DNA from: an uncultured Nitrospiraceae bacterium
GTDB lineage: Bacteria; Nitrospirota; Thermodesulfovibrionia; Thermodesulfovibrionales; Dissulfurispiraceae
Direction of reading: 5' to 3'
NCBI GenBank assembly: GCA_963705105.1
Contig: CAVPIW010000005.1
Location: 588,987-652,986 of the forward strand
Length of the DNA: 64,000 bases
The notes beneath the pieces are model-generated. The model saw only the letters and a list, made by a program, of their open reading frames with translations. It searched no databases and had not been told where the DNA came from. Positions 30,281 through 38,795 of the stretch are shown in pieces. Every line of letters begins with the position of its first letter. The stretch's first letter is position 1. The translations under genes and the position numbers were made by a program.

Positions 30281-31503
30281 TGAAAGGGCGGTACGACGGA
30301 TCGGCAAAGGTGACCGGACAAGCCATTCTCCTCATCAGCCTCGTTTTTCTCCTGTCTCTGCCGGCGCCGCCCGCCTGGGCTGAAAGCCCCCGGGATGAGT
30401 ATCGCCAGATCCAGAGGGATCTCCGGAAAGAAAAGAAGAAGCTCGAATCGGTCAAGCGCGAGGAGCGTTCTGCCGTTGATGCGCTGAAGAAGGCCGAGGA
30501 GGAGCATCAGAAAATACAGGAGCAACTGAACGCGAAACGGGGAAGCATCGCCCAGATTCAGAAAAATATGAATTCGCTCCAGTCCGAGATCAACGCCCTG
30601 AAGGATGCCCTCCGTGAACAGGGGGACCTGCTGAGGAAACGTCTGCGGACACTCCAGCGGACGAGCAGGGAGACGGACCCCCTTCTCATCGTGCTCAGCG
30701 GTGAAGACATTTCCCGGTCCCTGAGGATTGTCCGGTATCTGAGGGATATCTCAGCCCGCGACTATGCGCTGATGAACAGATACGCCCAGTCGGTGCGGAA
30801 CCTCCAGGAAAGACAGGACCGCCTCGCAAAACTCCACGGCGATCTGAAGAAAGAGGAGCGGGAGCTCGGGAAACTGGAAGACTCTCTGGAGCAGAAGAAA
30901 AAGGAGAAGCAGCTTCTGCTGGTGGCCGTAAAGAAGGAAAAATCCGCCCATGAAAACATGATCAGGGAGCTCCGTGAATCTTCATCGAGACTCCAGAGGA
31001 TCATTCAGGAGTCCGAACGGAAGGAGCAGGAACAGAAACGGAAGAAAAAGGGAGAAAAGCCGAAACCGGGCGTAAAGGAGGAGCCCGAGGAGGAGAGCGC
31101 CTTCAGCCGCATGAAAGGAAGACTCCCCTGGCCGGCGAGCGGGTCCGTCACCATGCGGTACGGCTCACAGGTCGATCCCCTCTTCAATCTGCCCCTCTTC
31201 AGGAGCGGCATCCACATCTCGACCCCCAAAGGTTCGCAGGTGAAGGCGGTGTTCGAGGGCAAGGTCGTCTATGCGGAGGAATTCAAGGGATACGGTCAGC
31301 TCGTCATTGTGAGCCACGGAGGCGGGTATCACACGCTCTATGGAAACCTGTCGAGGATTTTTTTAAGAAACGGCGCTATAATAAAGAATAGTCAGACCAT
31401 AGGGGAATCCGGAGATTCCGGTGCTGCGGGCACGCCGGGGCTCTACTTCGAGGTCCGGTACCGTGGAAAGCCCCTCGATCCCCAGCAGTGGCTGAAGAGA
31501 TAG
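30277..31503 (+). CDS. envC: EnvC-like murein hydrolase activator (coiled coil + M23)
   Basis: Signal peptide, long coiled coil, KGRLPWP, degenerate M23 (YGNLS), LYFEVR..DP. Confidence 0.85.
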   Translation: MMKGRYDGSAKVTGQAILLISLVFLLSLPAPPAWAESPRDEYRQIQRDLRKEKKKLESVKREERSAVDALKKAEEEHQKIQEQLNAKRGSIAQIQKNMNSLQSEINALKDALREQGDLLRKRLRTLQRTSRETDPLLIVLSGEDISRSLRIVRYLRDISARDYALMNRYAQSVRNLQERQDRLAKLHGDLKKEERELGKLEDSLEQKKKEKQLLLVAVKKEKSAHENMIRELRESSSRLQRIIQESERKEQEQKRKKKGEKPKPGVKEEPEEESAFSRMKGRLPWPASGSVTMRYGSQVDPLFNLPLFRSGIHISTPKGSQVKAVFEGKVVYAEEFKGYGQLVIVSHGGGYHTLYGNLSRIFLRNGAIIKNSQTIGESGDSGAAGTPGLYFEVRYRGKPLDPQQWLKR

Positions 31504-31513
31504 ACGGAGGAGG

Positions 31514-32815
31514 ATGATGTTTCCAAAAAAGAGCTGGCTGATCGTTCCCGTAACCATATTGATCGCGGTCATGGGGGTTTTTGTGGGGCGTTGGTCCACA
31601 GAGATCGTGAGTGCCGACAACAGTTATGAGGATCTCAGGACTTTCACCGAGGTGCTGACGATCATCAAGAAGAGCTATGTCGATGAGGTGAAGACAAAGG
31701 ATCTCATCAACGGCGCCGTCAAGGGGATGATCAATTCTCTTGACCCTCACTCGGGGTACCTGTCGCAGGAGGCATTCAAAGACTTTCAGGTCGAAACGAA
31801 GGGTGAATTCGGCGGCGTCGGCATACAGCTCGGGATCAAGGACGGCATCCTGACCGTCATCGCCCCCATCGAAGACACTCCGGCATACAAGGCCGGCATC
31901 AAGGCCGGCGACAAGATCGTAAAGATTTCAGCACAGCTGACCAAAGATATGGCGATTCACGATGCCGTCACGAAGATGAGAGGACCGAAGGGGACATCCG
32001 TCACGATAACGATTGTCCGTGAAGGGTGGAAGGAGCCGAAGGACTTCACCCTGGTGCGGGATATAATCAAGATCAAGAGCGTCAAGGCGAAGATGATCGA
32101 CGAGGGGGTCGGGTATATCAAACTGACTCAGTTCCAGGAGATGACGGCTTCAGAGCTCACGGCGGCGCTCGAAAAGCTGAAGAAAGAGGGGATGAGCTCT
32201 CTCATCCTCGATCTCAGGAATGACCCGGGTGGTCTTCTCAACAGCGCCGTCGAGGTGACGGAGCAGTTCCTGCCTCCCAAGAAGCTCGTCGTATCGATCA
32301 AGGGAAGGGACGGAGAGAAAAACGAGTATTATACCGACGGCGAGAAGCCTTACACGGAAACGCCGATGGTCGTGCTCGTCAATCAGGGTAGTGCAAGCGC
32401 GTCGGAAATCGTCGCCGGGGCTCTCAAGGACTGGAACAGGGCGATCATCATCGGTGTGCAGACCTTCGGCAAGGGCTCCGTCCAAAGCCTCATTCCCCTC
32501 AGTGACGGATCGGGGCTGCGCCTGACAACGGCGAAATATTACACGCCCAAGGGCACGAGCATCCAGAGCGTCGGGATAACACCCGATATCATCGTCAAGA
32601 TCGAACCGAAGGACGGCAAAGACCACACGGTCATACGGGAGAAAAACCTTGATCGTCACCTGAAGAACGAGCAGCAGCGCGACCAGGCGCCGGAGGAAGA
32701 GCTCGAAAGGATGCCCTTTGAGGTCGAAGAGAAAGACGATACCCAGCTTCAGCGCGGCATTGAGACCCTGAAAACCTGGAAGATCTTCGAGAAGATGCTC
32801 AAGAAAGCGGCGTGA
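31514..32815 (+). CDS. ctpA: S41 carboxy-terminal processing protease
   Basis: LDPHS, PDZ, DLRNDPGG, SASASEI, FGKGSVQ. Confidence 0.94.
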   Translation: MMFPKKSWLIVPVTILIAVMGVFVGRWSTEIVSADNSYEDLRTFTEVLTIIKKSYVDEVKTKDLINGAVKGMINSLDPHSGYLSQEAFKDFQVETKGEFGGVGIQLGIKDGILTVIAPIEDTPAYKAGIKAGDKIVKISAQLTKDMAIHDAVTKMRGPKGTSVTITIVREGWKEPKDFTLVRDIIKIKSVKAKMIDEGVGYIKLTQFQEMTASELTAALEKLKKEGMSSLILDLRNDPGGLLNSAVEVTEQFLPPKKLVVSIKGRDGEKNEYYTDGEKPYTETPMVVLVNQGSASASEIVAGALKDWNRAIIIGVQTFGKGSVQSLIPLSDGSGLRLTTAKYYTPKGTSIQSVGITPDIIVKIEPKDGKDHTVIREKNLDRHLKNEQQRDQAPEEELERMPFEVEEKDDTQLQRGIETLKTWKIFEKMLKKAA

Positions 32816-33501
32816 GTCGCATCATTTTCGATATAGAGACGGCCGGGACGGACTTCGAAGCGCTGGACCCGGCAACACAGGAATACCTGCTGAAGTGGGC
32901 CGACAGCGAGGAAGACAAGGGTCGGGTCCGCGAGAGTCTCTCCTTCCATCCCGTCACGGCGGAGATCATCACTATCGGGATGCTCAACCCCGACACGAAC
33001 AGGGGGGTCGTCTGGTTTCAGTCACCGAACGGGCCTGTTCCTCCCTTCGAGGAGAACGGGATCAAATATGAATGCGGTGATGAGAGGGAGCTGATCGGGA
33101 AGTTCTGGACGACCGTCAAGGCCTATGACCAGTTTGTCACCTTCAACGGCAGGACCTTTGACTGTCCCTTCATCATGGTCCGTTCGGCAGTGCACGGGAT
33201 CGCCCCGACGCGTAACCTCATGCCCAACCGGTACAGCGGTCCCCACATCGATCTTCTCGACCAGCTCACTTTCTTCGGCGCCACGAGGAGATTCAACCTC
33301 GACATGTGGTGCAGGACCTTTTCGATCAGGAGCCCGAAGGAGAGCGGGATCACCGGCTACCAGGTGAAGGACCTCTTCAGGTCGGGACGAAGCGCCGACA
33401 TCGCCCGCTACTGCGCGGGAGACCTCGAGGCGACAAAGGAACTGCTTCTCGTGTGGGAAAAGTACATCCGGTTTCCCCCGCAGGGCCCGGTCGGTGACTG
33501 A
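32812..33501 (+). CDS. Stand-alone DEDD 3'-5' exonuclease (PolB-exonuclease/RNase H-like)
   Basis: IIFDIET, VTFNGRTFD, HIDLLD, YCAGD. Confidence 0.85.
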   Translation: MSRIIFDIETAGTDFEALDPATQEYLLKWADSEEDKGRVRESLSFHPVTAEIITIGMLNPDTNRGVVWFQSPNGPVPPFEENGIKYECGDERELIGKFWTTVKAYDQFVTFNGRTFDCPFIMVRSAVHGIAPTRNLMPNRYSGPHIDLLDQLTFFGATRRFNLDMWCRTFSIRSPKESGITGYQVKDLFRSGRSADIARYCAGDLEATKELLLVWEKYIRFPPQGPVGD

Positions 33502-33895
33502 CGACCCCGAGCCCGGTCCGGAGGCTTCGGCGGAAAGCCTTGACGACCTTCCGATCCCTGCAGAGGAGAAGCAGAGGATCGTTGCCGCACTCCTCCGCAT
33601 GATGGAGATGGGTATGAGCGGGGTCTACGGCATCGAAGACGAGGGGATACCCGATGCCGCGCCGCCTTGCTCGTCGCTGATGCAGGAGTGCAATGCCGAG
33701 TGCTGCTCCCTGTCCTTCGCTCTGACAAAGGAGGAAGTGCAGCGGGGGATCGTCGCGTATGACCCGAAAAGGCCCTTCTTCATAGCCCGCGGCGAGGACG
33801 GTTACTGCGCGCAGATAGACAGGAAAACGTTGCGGTGCACCGTTTATGAAGACCGTCCGCTCCGCTGCAGGAGGTATGACTGCAGGCATTCTTAG
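33494..33895 (+). CDS. YkgJ-family cysteine cluster protein
   Basis: C..ECNAECC, C..CTVYEDRPLRCRRYDC. Confidence 0.8.
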   Translation: MTDDPEPGPEASAESLDDLPIPAEEKQRIVAALLRMMEMGMSGVYGIEDEGIPDAAPPCSSLMQECNAECCSLSFALTKEEVQRGIVAYDPKRPFFIARGEDGYCAQIDRKTLRCTVYEDRPLRCRRYDCRHS

Positions 33896-33924
33896 ACCTG
33901 CCCGGCGCCCGACATAAAAAAAGC

Positions 33925-33953
33925 TTGACAAACGCTGTAAAAAGCTGTATAAA
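33925..33953 (+). promoter_or_regulatory. Near-consensus sigma70 promoter
   Basis: TTGACA-N17-TATAAA preceded by an A-tract. Confidence 0.85.
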
Positions 33954-33959
33954 TTAATC

Positions 33960-34120
33960 AAGAAGCGGGCTTACCAAAGTGGTGGTCCTGCTCTTCTTAG
34001 AACCGGCAGCCCGATTGTGAAGTCTCAGGACGTAGGTTTCAGACGGAAGAGTCTCAGGCTGTATGTCTCAGGATGTACAATCTGCCGGGTGACGAGAGGA
34101 AGCAGGCACCACTTTTTTTT
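33960..34120 (+). ncRNA. Candidate structured small RNA, family unassigned
   Basis: Strong promoter, 5'/3' pairing AAAGTGGTGGTCCTGCT / AGCAGGCACCACTTT, ACCGGCAG/CTGCCGGGT, GATTGT/ACAATC, three GTCTCAGG, terminal T-run. Confidence 0.65.
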
Positions 34121-34200
34121 GTTGACTGCCTTCTCTGAGCCCGATTGTCACGCTACCTGCCGTCGGAATCAGCGTCTTTTCCTTCCTACCCGGAGTCTTT

Positions 34201-34574
34201 ACCTTTCTGTTGCATGAAAAGGCGAGGCGAAGCGCTCTGAAAAACAGTGACAGTGTGAGTGACAGTGTCAGTGTCGGTGTCACTGCCGCTGTCTGCGGAA
34301 AGGCAGATATGGTTCAGAGCCTTTCCAATGCGATGATGAGACATCTCAAGGTGTTCAGCGCCTGTTGCCTGACGGGCATTTGGTATCAATAGACACGGCA
34401 AGGGGTGGTCTGGGGATGAACAAGGTATCTTAGCGGAAAGGCTTTTCACCACATCAGCCTTCCCGTCCGAGTGTTCGTGGCCTGGTTATGACCGTCGAAT
34501 GTTTTAATGACTCAATGACTTTATGGTGGCGCATACGCCCCGCCTTTCCCGGGAGTGTATTGCAACGATAAGGT
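34201..34574. repeat. Full-length nested-palindromic modular repeat element
   Basis: Three nested inverted-repeat pairs: 34201-14/34561-74, 34216-35/34529-49, 34296-326/34435-65. Confidence 0.95.
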
Positions 34575-35048
34575 TTATTGAATGATAATCTGTTGTTGCT
34601 CTCAGCAAGACTTTTTGCGCCTTCCCCCCTTTTTTCACGCAGTTGTAAGGTTTATGAAATCCCCCGGGAGAGCCCGTTGCGGACAGTGGCCGCGTTGAGG
34701 ATCGTAACAATCTTTTCATCCTGATGTAACGTCCTCTTCATCTGAACTGAGTATCATATACAAAGAGACAGGATTCCCGTGATGCCGGCGCGGAATTGAA
34801 AAAAAAAACATTCTTCGGTTATACTAAAGTAATACATATCACTTACCGCCAAGAGCAGCTCTCTTTCGCACCGACCGTCACGGCACCCTGTCAACCACGA
34901 AAAATAATACAGAGCATTGGTTGTTTCCATCCGCGACGGCCGGTCCGTGCGGAGAGATGTATGCGGGCCTTTGAGCGGATGAGTGCCGGCAAGGCGCTCA
35001 TATCCCATTTTCGGGGTTATCCGCTCCGGGAGGCCAGGGAGGACAATA

Positions 35049-36710
35049 ATGAAAACAGAACAGAACAAGATCGTCTATGTTATAGGGCACAGGAATCCGG
35101 ATACGGATTCGGTCTGTTCGGCCATCGGCTACGCCTATTTTAAGAACATCACGGACAAGAGGTTTCTTTTTACTCCCGCAAGGGCGGGCCGGCTCAATGA
35201 GGAGACGCTGTTCGTGCTGAAAAAGTTCGGCGTGGACTCGCCGCAGGAAATGGAGAGTCTCATTCCCACCGTGAGCGACCTCGAGCTCAGGCGTCCGATC
35301 TCGATCCACACGCGGGATTCCGTGCAGTCCCTTGCGCTCCTCATACAGGAAAAGGGCCTGCAGGTCGTTCCTGCAGTGGACGACGGCGACCGGCTCGCCG
35401 GCATCGTCGGGCTCAAGGACATTGCGCGGCACTACATGAACAGCGTCGGATTTGGCGAGAGAGACAAAGCCCCTCTGTCCCTCGACATGCTCATCGGGAC
35501 CCTCAACTGCCTGGTCATCAGCAATCCGCGGAAGATCGAGGCCCTGTCGGGACGGATCCATCTGGCATCACTGCAGAGGGGCACGATCATCAACAGGGTG
35601 CAGGAAGGAGACGTTGTGATCATCGGAGACCAGCACGACATCCAGATCGACCTCATCCACGCGGGGTGTTCGGCCCTTATCGTCACCGACGGGATCCCGA
35701 TAAGCAGCGACGTCGTCTCTGCGGCCGAGGAAAAGGGAACGCTCCTGCTCTTGTCGCCTCATGATGCCTTTGCGACGTTCCAGCTCATGACCATGTCCGT
35801 GCCTGTTGAGACGATCATGCATCACGGCTGCCCGACGGTATCCCTCCATTCGACGATCTCCGATCTCAGGAAGCGTATCGTCGAATCGGACTATCATTCC
35901 GCCGTCGTTGTTGACAATGATGAGCGTCTTGTCGGCTTCGTCACGCGGACCGATCTCCTGAATCCCGTTGAGAAACGGGCGGTCCTCGTCGATCACAATG
36001 AGATATCCCAGGCCGTCGACGGGATAGAGGAGGCGGAGATACTCGAAATCATCGATCACCACCGCGTCGGCGACATTTCCACGGTCGCGCCGATCTATGT
36101 GTATAACGACCCGGTGGGGAGCACCTGCACCCTCGTGGCGGGGACCATGTTCCTTCATCAGGTGCGCATTCCCGCCGACATCGCCGGGCTTCTCCTGGCG
36201 GGCATCCTTTCCGACACGCTCCTGCTCACCCTCTCGACGACGACGGACCGGGACCGTCAGACGGCGGAGAAGCTCGCGGAGCTTGCCGGTCTCTCCTTGA
36301 GGGAGTTCGGCAAGGAACTGCTTCACGCAAGCATCAACACCACGGGCAAGACCGCGGCTGAACTCATTGAGGCGGACTTCAAGGAGTTCCAGATCGGGGG
36401 TAAGAGCCTCGGTGTCAGCCAGATGATGGTGCTCGACTGCGAGGAGATCGACCTGATGGAGGAGGACCTCCTGTCGGAGCTCGACCGGATACGGGAGTCG
36501 AAGGGGTATGATCTCACCGCCCTGCTCGTGACGAATCCGCTCAGCTCGGGGCATGAGAGGATCCTGTTGAAGGGAGAGACGTGGCTGGTCGAGAAGGCCT
36601 TTGGCGTTGAAGTGGAAGGAGATACCTGCGTGCTTCCGGCGGTGCTTTCGAGGAAGAAGGACTTCATCCCTGCCATCGGCAGGGCGCTCAGGATGGCCGG
36701 CAGCAACTGA
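35049..36710 (+). CDS. ppaC: Mn-dependent inorganic pyrophosphatase with CBS and DRTGG domains
   Basis: GHRNPDTDS, LVDHNE, IIDHH, GILSDT, SRKK. Confidence 0.92.
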   Translation: MKTEQNKIVYVIGHRNPDTDSVCSAIGYAYFKNITDKRFLFTPARAGRLNEETLFVLKKFGVDSPQEMESLIPTVSDLELRRPISIHTRDSVQSLALLIQEKGLQVVPAVDDGDRLAGIVGLKDIARHYMNSVGFGERDKAPLSLDMLIGTLNCLVISNPRKIEALSGRIHLASLQRGTIINRVQEGDVVIIGDQHDIQIDLIHAGCSALIVTDGIPISSDVVSAAEEKGTLLLLSPHDAFATFQLMTMSVPVETIMHHGCPTVSLHSTISDLRKRIVESDYHSAVVVDNDERLVGFVTRTDLLNPVEKRAVLVDHNEISQAVDGIEEAEILEIIDHHRVGDISTVAPIYVYNDPVGSTCTLVAGTMFLHQVRIPADIAGLLLAGILSDTLLLTLSTTTDRDRQTAEKLAELAGLSLREFGKELLHASINTTGKTAAELIEADFKEFQIGGKSLGVSQMMVLDCEEIDLMEEDLLSELDRIRESKGYDLTALLVTNPLSSGHERILLKGETWLVEKAFGVEVEGDTCVLPAVLSRKKDFIPAIGRALRMAGSN

Positions 36711-36769
36711 CCGATCCGGCTGGACTTCGCTCTGGTCATCGGGGGGCCTGTGATATAAAGCAGGAAAGT

Positions 36770-36795
36770 CAGGGAGGGGTGGAGACCCCTCCCTG
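36770..36795. terminator. Stem-loop between convergent genes
   Basis: CAGGGAGGGGT-GGAG-ACCCCTCCCTG perfect 11-bp stem. Confidence 0.75.
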
Positions 36796-36801
36796 GTTGT
36801 T

Positions 36802-38514
36802 TTAGAAGCGCACGTCGAAGGAGAAGTAGAGGTCCCAGGCGTGCTTGAGCGGGGCGAAGAGCTGCGTCTTCGTCACGTCGTTGGCGCTCAGATCGCCGAT
36901 CTTGAAGGACTGGCCGACCCAGTTGCCGCTGCCCGTGTAGTCGAAGTCGTAGTACTGCCACCCCAGCCTGAAGAAGGCGAGACCCCTCTTCGAGATGGGA
37001 ATGTTGAAGAGTTCCTGGATGGCATAGATCTCATAGACCTTGCCTCTCGCGCCGAGCTTGGACGTCCAGATGTCGTCTCCCGCCGGAACGAAACCGATCC
37101 AGTTGCCCGATCCGTAGTTGAATTCGAGGCCGATCTTCGTCCTCGTCGGCTTGATGTCATACCTGCCGCCGACATAGAACATATGGCCCGTATGGCTCTC
37201 CTCGTCCACTCCCGGCGTGGTCGGGTCGTCGTTGAAGCCGAGTCCGAAACCGCCGTTGAGCACCTGGTCCGGAATGCCGTCACCGTTGATATCGACGAGG
37301 GCAAAAGGCAACGAGAAGAGGTTGCCGTTCGGGTGGGTCTTGCTCAGGGCGGCAGCACCGAAGAGATGGAGATCTCCCGGGCCGAGGTCCTTGATCTTGC
37401 CCATGACGAGACCGCCGAGCCAGTCGATGTCGCCCAGGTTCGTCGTCACCGGCGTGGTCACGTTGATGAAGCTGCCCGTGGTTTGGGGCGGATTCTGGAG
37501 GAATCCCGGATCGACCTTCGTGACGAACCCGTCCGGCGGGTTTGTAAAGATTTCAAATCCGCGCTGCCATTGAAGGGTTACGAAAAGATTCTCCGTTTCG
37601 TACGGAGTAATATTAATACCGAAGAAATTCACGTCTTCAAGGTTCGAACTGAACCCGTTATCGAATCCCCGGCCCGCTCAAAGCTTCGCATAGGCGCCGG
37701 GAAGACCCGGAATCTCGGGCTGAACCCCGAAAGACGCCCCGTCAAAGGCGTAATCCACGAGGAAGCAGGGAATGCCTGCCGTGCCCTCCTTCTCCTCGTT
37801 CATCCGCAGGTGTGAAGGCGGGCCGTTCGTCGAAGGCCTCCTTCCGACGGAGAGCCAGATGGGCTGATCGGCGATGTTGGCCCAGGTGACAATGGCCCTG
37901 TCCACCCTGACCTCGCCGTCCGTCGGCACATGTCCTATCGTGCCGTCAAAGGGCCCGAAGGCCCTGTCGGCAAAGAACTGGCCGTCCGTGGGCTGTGACG
38001 TCTGGTGGCCCCAGATTTTGTACATCAGGAGCCTTCCCTTGAAGTTGATGTCCTCCGTCGGCTTCGCCTTGATGTCGAGCCTCAGGCGGTTGGTGAGCAG
38101 TGAGTCGTTCTCGGCGTCGAAGGCCTGCTGAGGCCTGGCCAGGAATGTCGTCACTGCGCCCGGAACGGGGAAGTTGGGGGCGCGGATCGCCGTCCCGAGG
38201 GCCGGAGCGAACTGGTCATACTGAACGTAGTCCACAGTCCTGCCCTGGAGAATGTCGTGACGCGACCTGAAGTCACCGCCGATCTCGAGCCAGGACGGCC
38301 AGCCTTTCGGCTCGTCGGCCTTTTTCTCGACCTTGGTGATCCTCTCTTCCTTGACCGTCTCCTGCTTCTGCATCTCCTGCATCTGCTGTTTGAGTTTCTC
38401 CAATTCCCTGGAGAGATCATCGATCTTCTTCATCAGATCTGCCTGATCGACAGCGAGCGCAGGGAGCGGCAGCAGCAGGGAGAAGGCAAGGAGCACCGCT
38501 GCAAGAGTGCGCAT
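36802..38514 (-). CDS. DUF3373-like outer-membrane beta-barrel protein with in-frame UGA (candidate selenoprotein)
   Basis: ORFs 37678-38514 and 36802-37632 are one frame separated only by TGA 37680-37678; signal peptide, coiled coil, C-terminal YFSFDVRF. Confidence 0.8.
37639..37670 (-). promoter_or_regulatory. Candidate bacterial SECIS element
   Basis: GGGGAUUCGAUAAC-GGGUUCA-GUUCGAACCUU hairpin starting 7 nt after UGA; G-initiated apical loop 21 nt from UGA. Confidence 0.65.
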
Positions 38515-38624
38515 ACAAACCTCCTTTCTCTATTCAGGGATGATCAGCGGTCATCCCCAAAAAAATTTGGTCACCGCCAATGGCGGTGGTTCGAAACGTC
38601 TTATGTACAGAAAAATGTAAAGTT

Positions 38625-38640
38625 TGCAAATGCCGTGCCC
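38625..38640 (-). promoter_or_regulatory. Sigma54 -24/-12 promoter
   Basis: Minus strand GGGCACGGCATTTGCA = GG-N10-GC. Confidence 0.75.
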
Positions 38641-38795
38641 CCGTCAAACCGGGGGTCGATCAGTACACCGATTAAGAATTACTATTGAAAAAACAATGTT
38701 TTCCCCGGCGCCGCTCCGGACTGCGCGAAGCGCTGCTGTTTATCCCTCTTAACGATCCTGTAAAGTTAACAGAGTCATACCATATAATACCAGCA

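Noticed and set aside
33960..34120. SRP or 6S identity for the candidate RNA
   Set aside because: GGAAGCAG is present but lacks the SRP CAGG-GNRA helix context, and I could not recognise 6S hallmarks; left unassigned pending an Rfam scan.
34326..34380. Box C/D-like ATGATGA ... CTGA suggesting a guide-RNA (TIGR-like) unit
   Set aside because: No tandem array or variable guide segments, the CTGA partner is absent in several copies, and no Nop-domain gene is in the window.
34799..34808. A10 tract as a phase-variation switch
   Set aside because: It is intergenic, ~240 bp from the next start, and not within a recognisable promoter spacer.
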